A DNA stretch of 64,000 nt from Candidatus Latescibacterota bacterium (GTDB taxonomy: Bacteria > Krumholzibacteriota > Krumholzibacteriia > WVZY01). The translations under genes were made by a program, and so were the position numbers. Positions 51,488-62,378 of the stretch are shown piece by piece. The stretch's first letter is position 1. Every line of letters starts with the position of its first letter. The notes under the pieces were generated by a model. The model was not told where the DNA came from, did not search any database, and saw only the letters and a list, made by a program, of their open reading frames with translations. The DNA is taken from contig CAWBQK010000009.1 of assembly GCA_963791045.1 (NCBI GenBank), positions 1 through 64,000 of the forward strand. The letters run 5' to 3'.

Positions 51488-53053
51488 ATGTCCGACGAAA
51501 GAAATGACGCGCTTAAAGAAACAATAAAAGAGGGCTCCGGCAGAGCCAATGCATCCTACATGAACGCGCGGCGCCGGATCACGATCGATCCAATCACACG
51601 GCTCGAAGGTCACGGCAAGATCGATATCTTTCTCAACGATGAGGGGAATGTCGACCGCGCGTATTTTCAGATCCCCGAACTCAGAGGTTTTGAGAAATTC
51701 GCTGAAGGGCGTCTGTCCGAGGACATGCCCCAAATCACGTCGCGAATTTGCGGTGTATGTCCAACCGCCCATCACATGGCGGGCACCAAGGCCCTTGACG
51801 ATCTCTACAACGTAGAGCCGACGGATACGGCCAAGAAAATCCGCGAGATGATCTACAACATCTTTATGGTGGAGGATCACGCGCTTCACTTCTACTTTCT
51901 CGGCGGACCCGACTTTGTCGTTGGTCCCGGAGCCCCGGCAGCCGAGAGAAACGTCCTGGGTGTCATCGGCAAGGTCGGTATCGACACCGGCAAAAAGGTG
52001 ATCTCGATGCGACGGCGGCTTCGTGAAATCATCACGATGGTCGGCGGCAAGATCATTCATCCGGTATTCGGTCTTCCCGGCGGTGTGGCGCGCGGGATCA
52101 AAAAAGAAGAGATAAAACAGATCCAGGAGATCGCGGCCGAGGCCGTTGAGTTCGGCAAGTTCACGCTGGATATTCTCAAAAAAGTCGTCCTCGAGAACAA
52201 CGACTACGTCAACCTGATCGTGTCCGACGCGTTCACACACAACACCTATTACATGGGTCTCGTGGATGAAAACAATAAAGTCAACTTCTACGATGGAAAG
52301 ATCCGCGTCGTCGACCCCGAGGGCAAGGAATATGCGAAATTCAACACCCAGGATTATCTCGATCACATAAACGAGCATGTCGAGCCCTGGAGCTATGTCA
52401 AATTCAGCTTCCTGAAGAACGTCGGATGGAACGGTTTCAACGATGGCGTAGATAGCGGCATCTATTGTGTGGCCCCGCTCGCCCGCCTGAACGTGGCGGA
52501 TGGAATGGCCACACCGGTTGCCCAGGAAGCCTACGAGAAGTATTTCGAGGTCCTCGGCGGCAAGCCGGTACACCACACACTGGCCAACCACTGGGCCCGC
52601 GTCGTCGAATTGATCTACGCTGCTGAACGTTTCCAGGAGCTTGCCAACGATCCACAGATCACCGAACCCAATATTCGCAATCTGCCCACGGAGAAACCAA
52701 CCAGGGGCATCGGCGTCGTCGAAGCGCCGCGCGGGACGCTTTTCCACGATTACCAGACGGACGAACGCGGAGTGATCACAAAAGCCAACCTGATCGTGGC
52801 GACTCAGAACAACTCGGCACGCACCGCGATGAGCGTGGAAAAAGCGGCCAAGGGCTTGATCTCCAACAACAATGTAACTGATGAAATCTTGAACGAGGTC
52901 GAGATGGCTTTCCGCGCGTACGATCCGTGCCACGCGTGCGCGACGCATTCGTTGCCCGGAAGCATGCCGCTGGTTCTTCGGATCCGCGACCTCAAGGGCG
53001 AGACAAACATGATGATTCGGCGGGATACGAATGGCAGCATCCACAAAGAATAA
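51488..53053 (+). CDS. mvhA: Group 3c [NiFe]-hydrogenase large subunit
   Basis: TRLEGHG, L1 RICGVCP, EAPRG, L2 DPCHACATH; downstream of hdrABC-mvhDG. Confidence 0.93.
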   Translation: MSDERNDALKETIKEGSGRANASYMNARRRITIDPITRLEGHGKIDIFLNDEGNVDRAYFQIPELRGFEKFAEGRLSEDMPQITSRICGVCPTAHHMAGTKALDDLYNVEPTDTAKKIREMIYNIFMVEDHALHFYFLGGPDFVVGPGAPAAERNVLGVIGKVGIDTGKKVISMRRRLREIITMVGGKIIHPVFGLPGGVARGIKKEEIKQIQEIAAEAVEFGKFTLDILKKVVLENNDYVNLIVSDAFTHNTYYMGLVDENNKVNFYDGKIRVVDPEGKEYAKFNTQDYLDHINEHVEPWSYVKFSFLKNVGWNGFNDGVDSGIYCVAPLARLNVADGMATPVAQEAYEKYFEVLGGKPVHHTLANHWARVVELIYAAERFQELANDPQITEPNIRNLPTEKPTRGIGVVEAPRGTLFHDYQTDERGVITKANLIVATQNNSARTAMSVEKAAKGLISNNNVTDEILNEVEMAFRAYDPCHACATHSLPGSMPLVLRIRDLKGETNMMIRRDTNGSIHKE

Positions 53054-53504
53054 CCCGAAAACCCGTCTCCTTTGCCTCGGGAACGACATTCTCTCCGATG
53101 ACGCGATCGGAATTCGCGTGGCCAACGAGCTACGCGGACGGCTGCCGGAAGCGGTGGATGTCGTCGACAGCATGGAATCGGGTTTTCATCTTCTCGACTA
53201 TCTTCTCGGTGTCGACCGGGTCATCGTTGTCGACTCGGTCAAGACCGGCGGCGAGCCCCCCGGTTTTGTGTACGAGCTCGCCGAAGGCGATATTGATACG
53301 ATTCCAGGCACTTCTCCCCACTATATCGGACTTTTCGAAACGCTCGCCCTGGGCAGAGAACTCGGTCTGGACGTCGCCACCGAGCTTGTCATTGTCGCCA
53401 TCGAAGTGGTAGACTGTATGACCGTCGGCGGGGATATGAACCCTGTTGTTGAACAGGCGATTCCCGGCGTAATCAAGAGGGTGGAGGCTTTGGTGGGTCA
53501 ATAA
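53031..53504 (+). CDS. Hydrogenase maturation protease
   Basis: LGNDILSDDAIG, VDS, SPH. Confidence 0.88.
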   Translation: MAASTKNNPKTRLLCLGNDILSDDAIGIRVANELRGRLPEAVDVVDSMESGFHLLDYLLGVDRVIVVDSVKTGGEPPGFVYELAEGDIDTIPGTSPHYIGLFETLALGRELGLDVATELVIVAIEVVDCMTVGGDMNPVVEQAIPGVIKRVEALVGQ

Positions 53505-53851
53505 TGCACGAGTTTGGAATCGCTAGTTCTATTTTCGAGACAATAAAGTCTGAAGCCGAAAAACAACCGGGAACCCGGATTGTCGCTTTGGGGCTCAAAA
53601 TCGGCGAAGTCTCCGGTGTTGAGCCTGATTCCCTTGAATTCTGCCTGCACGCCCTCGTCAAGGATACCGAGTTCGACCCACTTGCCATAGAATTCGAGGC
53701 CTCCCCACGGCGCCAACGATGTCCCGAGTGCAATAACGAGTTCGATGTAGTAGACTATGAGGTGGCCTGCCCGGAATGTGGTGAGCTACGCACACAGCTC
53801 GTATCCGGGGATGAATTGGAGATTCTTTATTTAGAGGTGGAAGATACATGA
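53504..53851 (+). CDS. hypA: Nickel metallochaperone HypA
   Basis: MHE, CPEC x2, SGDEL. Confidence 0.95.
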   Translation: MHEFGIASSIFETIKSEAEKQPGTRIVALGLKIGEVSGVEPDSLEFCLHALVKDTEFDPLAIEFEASPRRQRCPECNNEFDVVDYEVACPECGELRTQLVSGDELEILYLEVEDT

Positions 53852-54510
53852 GCCGTGTGCAGGTTAAACGCAAAGTCCTCAAGGAAAACGACCGCATCGC
53901 CGAGGAGCTCAGAAACCAGTTCAGTTCGCAGCGCGTGCTGACGCTCAACCTGATCAGCTCTCCCGGCGCGGGCAAGACTTCCCTTCTCGAACAATCGCTC
54001 CAGCATTTCAGCGAAGACGTCCGGACCGCCGTCTTGACGGGCGACATCGAAACCGAAAACGACGCTGAGAGACTGGCCAGCTACGGGTATCCGGTGCGGC
54101 AGATCACGACGGGCGGATCGTGCCACCTTGATGCCCGCATGATAGAGAAGGGGCTCGCCGATCTCGGCGAAGACGGGCTCGATGTTCTCTTTATTGAAAA
54201 CGTCGGTAATCTCGTGTGCCCGGCGAGCTTCGATCTTGGAGAAGCGTCCAAGATCGTGGTGCTGAGCGTCACCGAAGGTGATGACAAACCGCTCAAATAC
54301 CCGTCAACGTTCCTAAAATCAGATTTGCTCGTTTTGAACAAAATAGATCTTTTGCCCCACGTGCCCTTCGATATTTCGAAAGCAAGGGAGAACGCGAAAC
54401 GCGTCCACCCGGATATCGAAATTCTCGAAGTGTCGTGCACGACTGGGGAAGGTGTAGACGCGTGGGTTCGATGGGTGGAGAACCGGCTAGATTCGCTTCG
54501 CTCGGCGTAA
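53848..54510 (+). CDS. hypB: Nickel GTPase HypB
   Basis: SSPGAGKT, CHLDA, ENVGNLVCP, EGDDKPLKYP, NKIDL. Confidence 0.96.
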   Translation: MSRVQVKRKVLKENDRIAEELRNQFSSQRVLTLNLISSPGAGKTSLLEQSLQHFSEDVRTAVLTGDIETENDAERLASYGYPVRQITTGGSCHLDARMIEKGLADLGEDGLDVLFIENVGNLVCPASFDLGEASKIVVLSVTEGDDKPLKYPSTFLKSDLLVLNKIDLLPHVPFDISKARENAKRVHPDIEILEVSCTTGEGVDAWVRWVENRLDSLRSA

Positions 54511-54602
54511 TGCCGGAAGGATAAAATGGACGGCCACCGGAAATGGCGGCGCTTTTCAGCCTCTCCGCGCGATTTGGAACAACTATCTTGGGAGACAGAG
54601 GT

Positions 54603-56213
54603 ATGACACAACAGACCGTAGCCCAGCACGTATTGCTCGGTGACGAAGCGGTGGCTCTGGGGGCGATCCACGCGGGGATAACCGCCGCGTACGCGTACCC
54701 GGGCACGCCATCGACGGAAATCACCCAGTACATTTTGAACCACAAAGCCCGCGAGGGCAAGCCGCACGCCGCCTGGTGCGCGAACGAAAAAACCGCCGTC
54801 GAGGAAGGGCTCGGCACCTCGTTCGCCGGCAGACGCGCCCTGGTATCGATGAAACATGTCGGCCTCAATGTGGCCGCGGATCCGTTCATCAATTCGGCGC
54901 TGATATCGATTCACGGCGGCCTCGTACTCGCCGTCGCCGACGATCCGGGGATGCACAGCTCGCAAAACGAACAGGACACCCGCATCCTGGTGGATTTTGC
55001 GCGTGTGATGTGTCTCGAACCGGCCAACCAGCAGGAAGCTTACCAGATGACGCTCGACGCGTTCGACCTCTCCGAGCGTTTCGACATTCCTGTCGTGCTT
55101 CGTCTCGTCACGCGACTGGCGCACAGCCGCGCCGTCGTCGAGGTCGGAGAGGCCCGCGAAGAGAACCCAATCTCGAGAGTGGCCGACAAATCGACCTGGA
55201 TTCTGCTTCCTTCGAACGCGAGACGCCAGTGGCACGAGCTTCTCGGCCGTCAGAAAGACATGCTCGAATACACAGAGCAGTGCCCTCACAACCAACTCGC
55301 TCTCAACGATAAATGGCACGGGCTCGGCGTTATCACGACGGGGATTGCCAAAAATTACTACATGGAAGCGGCCGACGATATGGGAGAAACGCCGTCGCAT
55401 CTCCACATAGGCGCGTACCCGATGCCCGTCGACAAGATCAGAAAACTCGTCGACCATGTCGATCGGGTTCTTATTCTCGAGGAGGGCTACCCCTACGTCG
55501 AGCGTGCCCTGCGGGGAATTCTCCCGATGAAGAAAGACATCCTCGGCAAGGAAAACGGTCGTGTTCCATTGGAAGGCGAACTCAACCCCGACATCGTTCG
55601 GGTTGCGCTGGGTCTCAACATCCCCGAGGGCGTTACCCTCTCGAACGTGAAACTCCCAAATCGGCCGCCCCAGCTCTGCAAGGGATGCCCGCACGGTGAC
55701 GCGTACGGTGCAATCAAAGAGGCGCTCTCGGAGTATGAGAGCACGATGGTGACATCGGATATTGGTTGTTACACGCTCGGCGCGCTGCCTCCCTACTCGG
55801 CAATCGAATCATGCGTGTGCATGGGGGCTTCAATCGGAATGGCCAAGGGCGCCGCCGAGGCAGGCGTTCATCCGGTCGTTGCCGTTATCGGAGACAGCAC
55901 GTTTCTCCATTCCGGTGTGACACCGCTCATGGATGCCGCGACGGCCGACGCCAACATGACCCTTGTCATTCTCGACAACGAGATCGTCGCAATGACGGGA
56001 CTCCAGCCCACGGTGCTGCCCAGTTCCCGGCTTGAAACGCTTATCCCGGGCGTCGGTGTCGCGCCTGAGCATTTCCATGTTCTCGACGCCCATCCAAAGA
56101 AAATAAAAGAGAACACCGACATACTGAAGCGTGAGATCGCGCACAAAGGTCTATCGGTAATCATAATGGTCCGTACGTGTCTCGAAGAGGCCCGCAAAAA
56201 GAAACAGAAGTAG
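54603..56213 (+). CDS. iorA: Indolepyruvate:ferredoxin oxidoreductase alpha subunit
   Basis: YPGTPSTE, NEK, MKHVGLNVAAD, SSQNEQD, LCKGCPH, DIGCY, GDSTFLHSG. Confidence 0.93.
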   Translation: MTQQTVAQHVLLGDEAVALGAIHAGITAAYAYPGTPSTEITQYILNHKAREGKPHAAWCANEKTAVEEGLGTSFAGRRALVSMKHVGLNVAADPFINSALISIHGGLVLAVADDPGMHSSQNEQDTRILVDFARVMCLEPANQQEAYQMTLDAFDLSERFDIPVVLRLVTRLAHSRAVVEVGEAREENPISRVADKSTWILLPSNARRQWHELLGRQKDMLEYTEQCPHNQLALNDKWHGLGVITTGIAKNYYMEAADDMGETPSHLHIGAYPMPVDKIRKLVDHVDRVLILEEGYPYVERALRGILPMKKDILGKENGRVPLEGELNPDIVRVALGLNIPEGVTLSNVKLPNRPPQLCKGCPHGDAYGAIKEALSEYESTMVTSDIGCYTLGALPPYSAIESCVCMGASIGMAKGAAEAGVHPVVAVIGDSTFLHSGVTPLMDAATADANMTLVILDNEIVAMTGLQPTVLPSSRLETLIPGVGVAPEHFHVLDAHPKKIKENTDILKREIAHKGLSVIIMVRTCLEEARKKKQK

Positions 56214-56223
56214 AGGTGAAGGG

Positions 56224-56808
56224 ATGAAGTTCGACATCGTTCTCTCAGGTGTTGGCGGACAGGGGGTGCTTTCGCTCTCGGCGATCATCGCCTCCGGCGC
56301 CATGAAGGAAAATCTCTTTGTTAAACAGTCCGAAGTGCACGGGATGTCCCAACGGGGCGGAGCGGTTCTCGCAAACCTCAGGATCTCCGACAAGCCGATC
56401 GCAAGCGACTTGATACCTCGAGGCCGTGCCTCGATGATCTTGAGCATGGAACCGCTCGAGAGTCTTCGTTATGTATCGTACCTGTCGCCCGAAGGAGCGT
56501 TGATCACATCGACGACTCCGATGATCAACATTCCCAATTACCCGGATCTCGAGGAACTGCTGGGTCAGATTCGGGGCATTCCGGGGGCGATCCTTGTGGA
56601 AAGCGAGCGGCTCGCAAAATTAGCAGGCTCGCCGAGGGCCGCCAATATGGTCATGGTCGGCGCCGCATCGCACCTGCTTCCCGTCAAAGTCGAAACGATG
56701 GAGCATTACATCGAAAGCGTCTTCAAGAAAAAGGGCGAAAAGATCGTCGAGGCCAACTTGAAGGCGTTTGCGGCGGGGCGCGAAGTCTCGGCCCATGAAC
56801 GCGCATAG
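56224..56808 (+). CDS. iorB: Indolepyruvate:ferredoxin oxidoreductase beta subunit
   Basis: GVGGQG, SEVHGMSQRGG, NMVMVG. Confidence 0.93.
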   Translation: MKFDIVLSGVGGQGVLSLSAIIASGAMKENLFVKQSEVHGMSQRGGAVLANLRISDKPIASDLIPRGRASMILSMEPLESLRYVSYLSPEGALITSTTPMINIPNYPDLEELLGQIRGIPGAILVESERLAKLAGSPRAANMVMVGAASHLLPVKVETMEHYIESVFKKKGEKIVEANLKAFAAGREVSAHERA

Positions 56809-56933
56809 CGCGCTCGCGGGTATTAGCAAAAAGATGATGGGTGTGCGTCATTCACAAAGCGGTGACGCACACCGAGCGCCGTTCGATCCTGTCAGGAAAA
56901 CAACCTACGCATATCCATACAGAGAGTACAACA

Positions 56934-59168
56934 ATGACACGAAATCAGATCCGGGAGGTTCTTGAGTCCGTTAAAGCCGCGGGGCGTGACGTCCTCCTTG
57001 AAACCGAAGGCATACGCATCCTCGAGGCCCTGGGTTTTGACGTTCCAAAATATGTTTTCATCCAGCGCTCGGGTGAAGTGGCCGCCGTCGATCTGGGCGC
57101 ATTTACAGGCGATCGAGTGGTGGTTAAGGTGATCTCCCCCGACATTCTGCATAAGAGCGATGTCGGGGGTGTTTTGTTTCCGGACAGAAATCACAACGCA
57201 ATCCGCACGGCCGTGGCGGAGATGGAAGAAAGTTTCATCGGCCGAAACATCGAGGGTTACACAATCCACCAAATGGTGTCTTATGACCGTTCGCTCGGCA
57301 ACGAGTTGCTACTCGGGTTAAGATCGACGCCCGACTTCGGACCGGTCGTCGTGTTTGGCGCCGGTGGAATTTACACGGAATATCTCGCGGACAATTTCAA
57401 AACAGGGCGAGACGTCGCCATCATGTCCGCCGAGGTTCCCCCTGTCGGAGGGACCGGGAGAGTTCTCGAGAGAATCGCGCTCACGCCGCTTCTCGTCGGC
57501 GGTCTCCGTGGACAGCGATCAAGGATCGCCGCCGAGGATCTCGAGAGCCTGATGGACAACATGCTCGAGTTCGCCCGGACGTTTGTGCCCAATGAGATTT
57601 CCGAGTTTGAGATAAACCCGCTGGTCGTGTCCGAAGGTCATCTGATCGCACTCGATGTCGTCGTCAAACTCGCCTCCCCCCCGATCGAAACCACGCCGGA
57701 GCGGCCGATCGACAAAATCAGCTATCTTCTTACACCACAATCTGTTGCTGTAATAGGCGTGTCCGAGAAGATGAACCCCGGACACATAATCCTCAACAAT
57801 CTGATACGCGAGGGTTTTGACAAGGATCGCATCTTTGTCATCAAACCCGGGATCGAGGAAATCGAGGGGTGCCGGTGCTACCCCGATGTCGCCTCGCTCC
57901 CGGAAAAGGTGGATCTTTTTGTGCTGAGCGTCTCTGCCGCTCAGACATCGCCCACAGTTACCGAAATTATAAAGACACAAAAAGCGGAAAGCATGATCGT
58001 CATCCCCGGCGGACTCGAGGAGAAGTCGGGCACCGAGACCATTGTTAGCGGCATGCGCGCCGCGCTTCTTGAGTCACGGTCAGATGCATGGAGGGGGCCG
58101 GTCATAAACGGCGGCAACTGTCTTGGGATTCGATCGCTTCCCGGCCGTTACGACACAATGTTCATCCCGCCCCACAAGATCGCGCTTCCGGACAAACCTC
58201 CCGCCCCGCTCGCCGTAGTCAGCCAGAGCGGCGCGTTTTCGATTTCAAAAAATAGCAAGATATCGTGCGTCAACCCGCTCTACACGATCTCGTTCGGAAA
58301 CCAGACGGATCTTACCGTCGGAGATTACCTCACCTATATGAAGGACGATCCCGACGTCGATATTTTTGCCGTTTATGTCGAGGGCTTCAAACCGCTCGAT
58401 GGAATCCGTTTCGTCAAAGCGGCGAAGGAAATCACCGAAATGGGCAAGACGGTGATCCTGTACAAGGCGGGACGTTCGTCCGAAGGGGCGAAAGCGTCGG
58501 CGAGTCATACCGCATCGATCGCGGGTAACTACCCCGTGACGCGCGAGCTGTCGACGAACGCGGGCGTAATCGTCGCCGAGACGATCGCGGATTTCGAAGA
58601 CCTCGTAATGATGTTTACATGCCTTCGTGACAAAGAGGTGGCGGGGTGGCGGCTGGGCGCGATGTCCAACGCGGGTTTCGAATCGGTGGCGATGGCGGAC
58701 AACCTCGGTCGGTTCAGGCTCGAGAATTTTGCGCCGGACACCGATGGGCTTCTTCTTGAGGCATTCAAAAAGATGCGAATCGAAAACATCGTCGACATCC
58801 ACAATCCTCTCGATCTGACGCCGATGACGACCGACTCCGGGTACCAGGCAATCATGCGCGCAATGCTCGGGGACGACGGCGTCGACGTTGGAGTGGTTGG
58901 TTGTGTTCCGATGACACCCGCGCTCAACACGCTCGTGGCTGGCGAAGGTCATCCGGATAACGTTCACTCCGAAAAAGGTATCGTGGCAAGAATGAAGAAG
59001 GTCCGGGACGTATCGACAAAGGCTTGGGTCGCCATCGTCGATGCCGGCCCCGTTTATGACGAGATGACCCGGCTGCTCAAAGAGAACGACATTCCGACGT
59101 TCCGCACGGCAGACCGCGCGCTTCGTTTGTTTCACAGATTCTGTGAGGTTCGGCTCTCGCGGGGCTGA
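56934..59168 (+). CDS. ADP-forming acyl-CoA synthetase (ATP-grasp first, then CoA-binding/ligase domains)
   Basis: ILHKSDVGGV, FGPVVVFGAGG, EINPL, SVAVIGVS, GGNCLG, ASHTAS (phospho-His). Confidence 0.88.
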   Translation: MTRNQIREVLESVKAAGRDVLLETEGIRILEALGFDVPKYVFIQRSGEVAAVDLGAFTGDRVVVKVISPDILHKSDVGGVLFPDRNHNAIRTAVAEMEESFIGRNIEGYTIHQMVSYDRSLGNELLLGLRSTPDFGPVVVFGAGGIYTEYLADNFKTGRDVAIMSAEVPPVGGTGRVLERIALTPLLVGGLRGQRSRIAAEDLESLMDNMLEFARTFVPNEISEFEINPLVVSEGHLIALDVVVKLASPPIETTPERPIDKISYLLTPQSVAVIGVSEKMNPGHIILNNLIREGFDKDRIFVIKPGIEEIEGCRCYPDVASLPEKVDLFVLSVSAAQTSPTVTEIIKTQKAESMIVIPGGLEEKSGTETIVSGMRAALLESRSDAWRGPVINGGNCLGIRSLPGRYDTMFIPPHKIALPDKPPAPLAVVSQSGAFSISKNSKISCVNPLYTISFGNQTDLTVGDYLTYMKDDPDVDIFAVYVEGFKPLDGIRFVKAAKEITEMGKTVILYKAGRSSEGAKASASHTASIAGNYPVTRELSTNAGVIVAETIADFEDLVMMFTCLRDKEVAGWRLGAMSNAGFESVAMADNLGRFRLENFAPDTDGLLLEAFKKMRIENIVDIHNPLDLTPMTTDSGYQAIMRAMLGDDGVDVGVVGCVPMTPALNTLVAGEGHPDNVHSEKGIVARMKKVRDVSTKAWVAIVDAGPVYDEMTRLLKENDIPTFRTADRALRLFHRFCEVRLSRG

Positions 59169-59250
59169 CCTTTGCAGAAGGATTTGGTGGGTTTTGCTGA
59201 ACGAGAGGCTCCGGACCAGCGGCGGCCTCGTCCACACAATTGGAGGTACC

Positions 59251-60612
59251 ATGAGAATCCGTTTTATTTCGACGGCGTTTGTCGTTGCGGCCTTGCTGTG
59301 CCTTGTGTTGGGGCAAGCCATGGCCGAAACCGTGGCCGGTGAAGCGGCGCTTGGATCCCAGAAATACGAGAACTACGACCGGCCCGAAGACTGTGCGGAT
59401 TGCCACGTAAATTTCTACGAACAGTGGACACAGGCGATGATGTCCCAGGCGTACACACACCACTGGGATGAAATCGAGTATTTCAATCTCGCCGTCCCCC
59501 ATGCCGAAAGAGACGAGAAGGTCGCCGGCGTCAAGGCGGGTTGCAACGGTTGCCACGCGCCTATTGTCTTTTCTTGCCGGTGACATTCCACCGCCCAGGC
59601 CGAGTGAAAACTCGCGCGCGAACGAATCGGTGTCGTGCGACGTGTGTCACACCATCACCGGCTTCGAGGGTGATACGCCGTTCAATTTCAACTTTATTTC
59701 GTCACCCGGTGATGTCAAATACGGCCCAAATGCCAATCCCGATGTGGCCGATCACGAGGTCGCGAAGAGCGAGTTCATCAAATCCGCCGAATACTGCGGC
59801 ACATGCCACAACGAAAAGAGCCCGTACGGCGCGTGGGTAAAGTCGACGCATCTCGAGTGGAAAGAAGGTCCGTACGCCGAACGCAATGTGCCGTGTCAGA
59901 ATTGCCACATGCCGACGGCGTGGGGCGCCAAGGTCGAAGACGGAGCGGAAGGCTGGGTCGCCCAGCATCTCTTCCACGGCGCGCACGATCCCGGCAAACT
60001 CGCCGGCGCCGTCGAGATCCGGATGAATCCGAAAACGCGGAAGACTCAAAGACGGGCGGCCGTGTCGTCGTCAACGTCCAGCTCTTCAACGCGAAGGCCG
60101 GACACAAGATTCCGACCGGATCGGTCGAAGATCGTATCGTGTGGCTCCATGTCACGGCGACCGACTCGAAGGGCAAGACCTTCCACCTGCCGGTGGACCA
60201 GAAAGGATTTGACGGCGAGGAGTACACAATCGCCGCCGATGTCCTCGCCTATCAGGACATGGGTGTGCCGCTCGACAAACCCGACTTCAAGGGCGTCCAG
60301 CGTGACGGCGTTCCCGTCGGCGACCGGATTTTCCGGATGCCGTACTTCGACCCGCAGGGCCGGATGACGATCATGCAGTGGAACACGGCATCGTTCGGCG
60401 CCGACTATCGGATCGGCCCGCGTGAAACCAAGATCGAAACGTACACCTGGCAGATTCCCGCCGACGCGGCGCCGGGTAAAGTGGTTTTCAAAGCGGTAAT
60501 GAACTATCAAAAACTCGTCCAGCCAGTCGCCGAGTTTCTCGGCGTCCCCAAGGACGAGACCGAGATCGTCGTGATCAACACGGCGGACACCTGGATCGAT
60601 ATCGTTGAATAG
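59251..60612 (+). CDS. Secreted pentaheme cytochrome c, paralog 1 (frameshifts ~59572 and ~60050)
   Basis: Signal peptide; CADCH, CNGCH, CDVCH, CGTCH, CQNCH; C-terminal beta-rich domain. Confidence 0.85.
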
Positions 60613-60650
60613 TGACTCGGTGGGGTCTTTCTCGGGCCCTCGTTAAGCTA

Positions 60651-60876
60651 AGGCGCGGGTGGCGCCGATGGGGCCCCCGCCGCGGCGTAGCGTCGCGGAG
60701 TGCGGGGTGTACCACCTCGCTCCTAGGGGCGAATCTGAATGGTGAGTGCAAATTGCCCTTGTCGGCGTATGAGCAACCGCACGAAGCGAAAGCGAGCACG
60801 CGCGGGGTAATCGGCGACAGGACCCGCGCCGGGGTGGCCGATGACAGGATCCTAGCGAAGCGTAGTGCGGGCCCAA
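60651..60876. repeat. Dispersed palindromic (REP-like) element, copy 3 (expanded)
   Basis: AGGCGCGGGTGGCGCCGATGGGGCCCCC...ATCGGCGACAGGACCCGCGCCGGG plus a partial extra module. Confidence 0.7.
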
Positions 60877-60983
60877 GGTAGGTCGCTTTGTTTACCTAGA
60901 ACGCAGCCGTACCGGGACCGAGAATGACCGAACCGGCCGAACTGCACCGGCGAACTGCTCGCACACAATTGGGAGGAGTTGTA

Positions 60984-62340
60984 ATGAGAGTTTTCGGATG
61001 GATTATCGTGGTCGCTCTGTTGTTGATTCCGCTGGCCGTGGCGGCGCAGGAGTCGGAGCTGCCGGCCGGGGACGAGGCGCTCGGCACCAAAAAGTACGAC
61101 CAGTACGAGATGCCCAAGACATGCGGGGCCTGTCACACTGATTTCTTCAGACAGTGGGAACAGGCGATGATGTCGCAGGCGTACACCCACCACTGGGACG
61201 AGATCGAATACTTCGAACTTGCCATCCCACACGCCGACAAAGACGAAATGGTGGCCGGTGTCAAAGCGGGGTGCAACGGTTGTCACGCCCCCGTTTCTTT
61301 TTTTGGCCGGCGATGTCCCGCCGCCACGCCCCGAGGAGAACTCGCGCGCGAATGAGTCCGTGTCGTGCGATTTATGTCATACCATCATCGGTTTCAAAGG
61401 CGACACGCCGTACAATTTTAATTTCATTTCGTCGCCCGGCAAAACCAAGTACGGCCCCAAAGAGGGTCTCTCGTCTCCCTACCATGAGACCGAGCTCCTC
61501 CCGTTCATCTCCACCGCCGAATTCTGCGGGACGTGTCACAACGAGATGAGCCCGTACGGCCAGTGGGTCAAGGCCACTCATCTCGAGTGGAAAGAAGGCC
61601 CCTATTCCGCCCAGGGTGTTCCCTGTCATCACTGTCACATGCCGAAGGGCAAGGGCAAGAACGCGGTCATGGCCAAGGAGGACTATATCGCCCAGCATCT
61701 TTTCCACGGCGCTCACGATCCAGGCAAACTCGCCGGCGCCGTCGAAATGCGGATGCACCCCGACGTGCGTGAAATCGAATACGACGGCACCATCACCCTC
61801 AAGCTCCAGCTCCATAACGCCAAGGCGGGGCACAAGATACCAACAGGGTCAGTCGAAGACCGGATTGTCTGGGTGCATGTAACCGCCACCGACGCCGACG
61901 GCAAGACCTACCACCTCCCCGTCGACAAAAAGGGGTTCGAAGGCGAGGAATACACGATCGCCGCCGACGTTCTCGCATACCAGGACATGGGTGTCCCGCT
62001 AAACGATCCAAACTTCAAGGGAGTTCAACGCGACGGCGTTCCGATCGGAGACAGGATCTTCCGCATGCCGTACTTCGACCCGCAAGGCAGGATGACGATC
62101 ATGCAGTGGAACACCAAGTCTTTCGGAGTCGACTACCGGATCGGCCCGCGAGAGACCAAGATCGAATCGTTCACCTGGGAACTTCCAGAGGATATCGCGG
62201 TCGGCATCGTCAAATTCGAGGCGGTACTCAACTATCAGCGGCTCGTCACGCCGGTTGCCGAGCTTCTCAAAGTGCCGGAAGAAGAAACTGAAACCGTTGT
62301 CATCAACCGGGCAAACACATGGGTCGAGGTTTACGAATAG
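60984..62340 (+). CDS. Secreted pentaheme cytochrome c, paralog 2 (frameshift ~61300)
   Basis: Signal peptide; CGACH, CNGCH, CDLCH, CGTCH, CHHCH; long blocks identical to paralog 1. Confidence 0.87.
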
Positions 62341-62378
62341 TCGGAAAGCGGCACCGAACGATGGGAGGAGATAGCGGA

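Noticed and set aside
20104-55694. Long antisense ORFs (e.g. 20104-21444, 25800-26894, 37613-39019, 51443-53173, 54081-55694)
   Set aside because: Shadows of well-supported genes in GC-rich DNA, with no recognisable motifs
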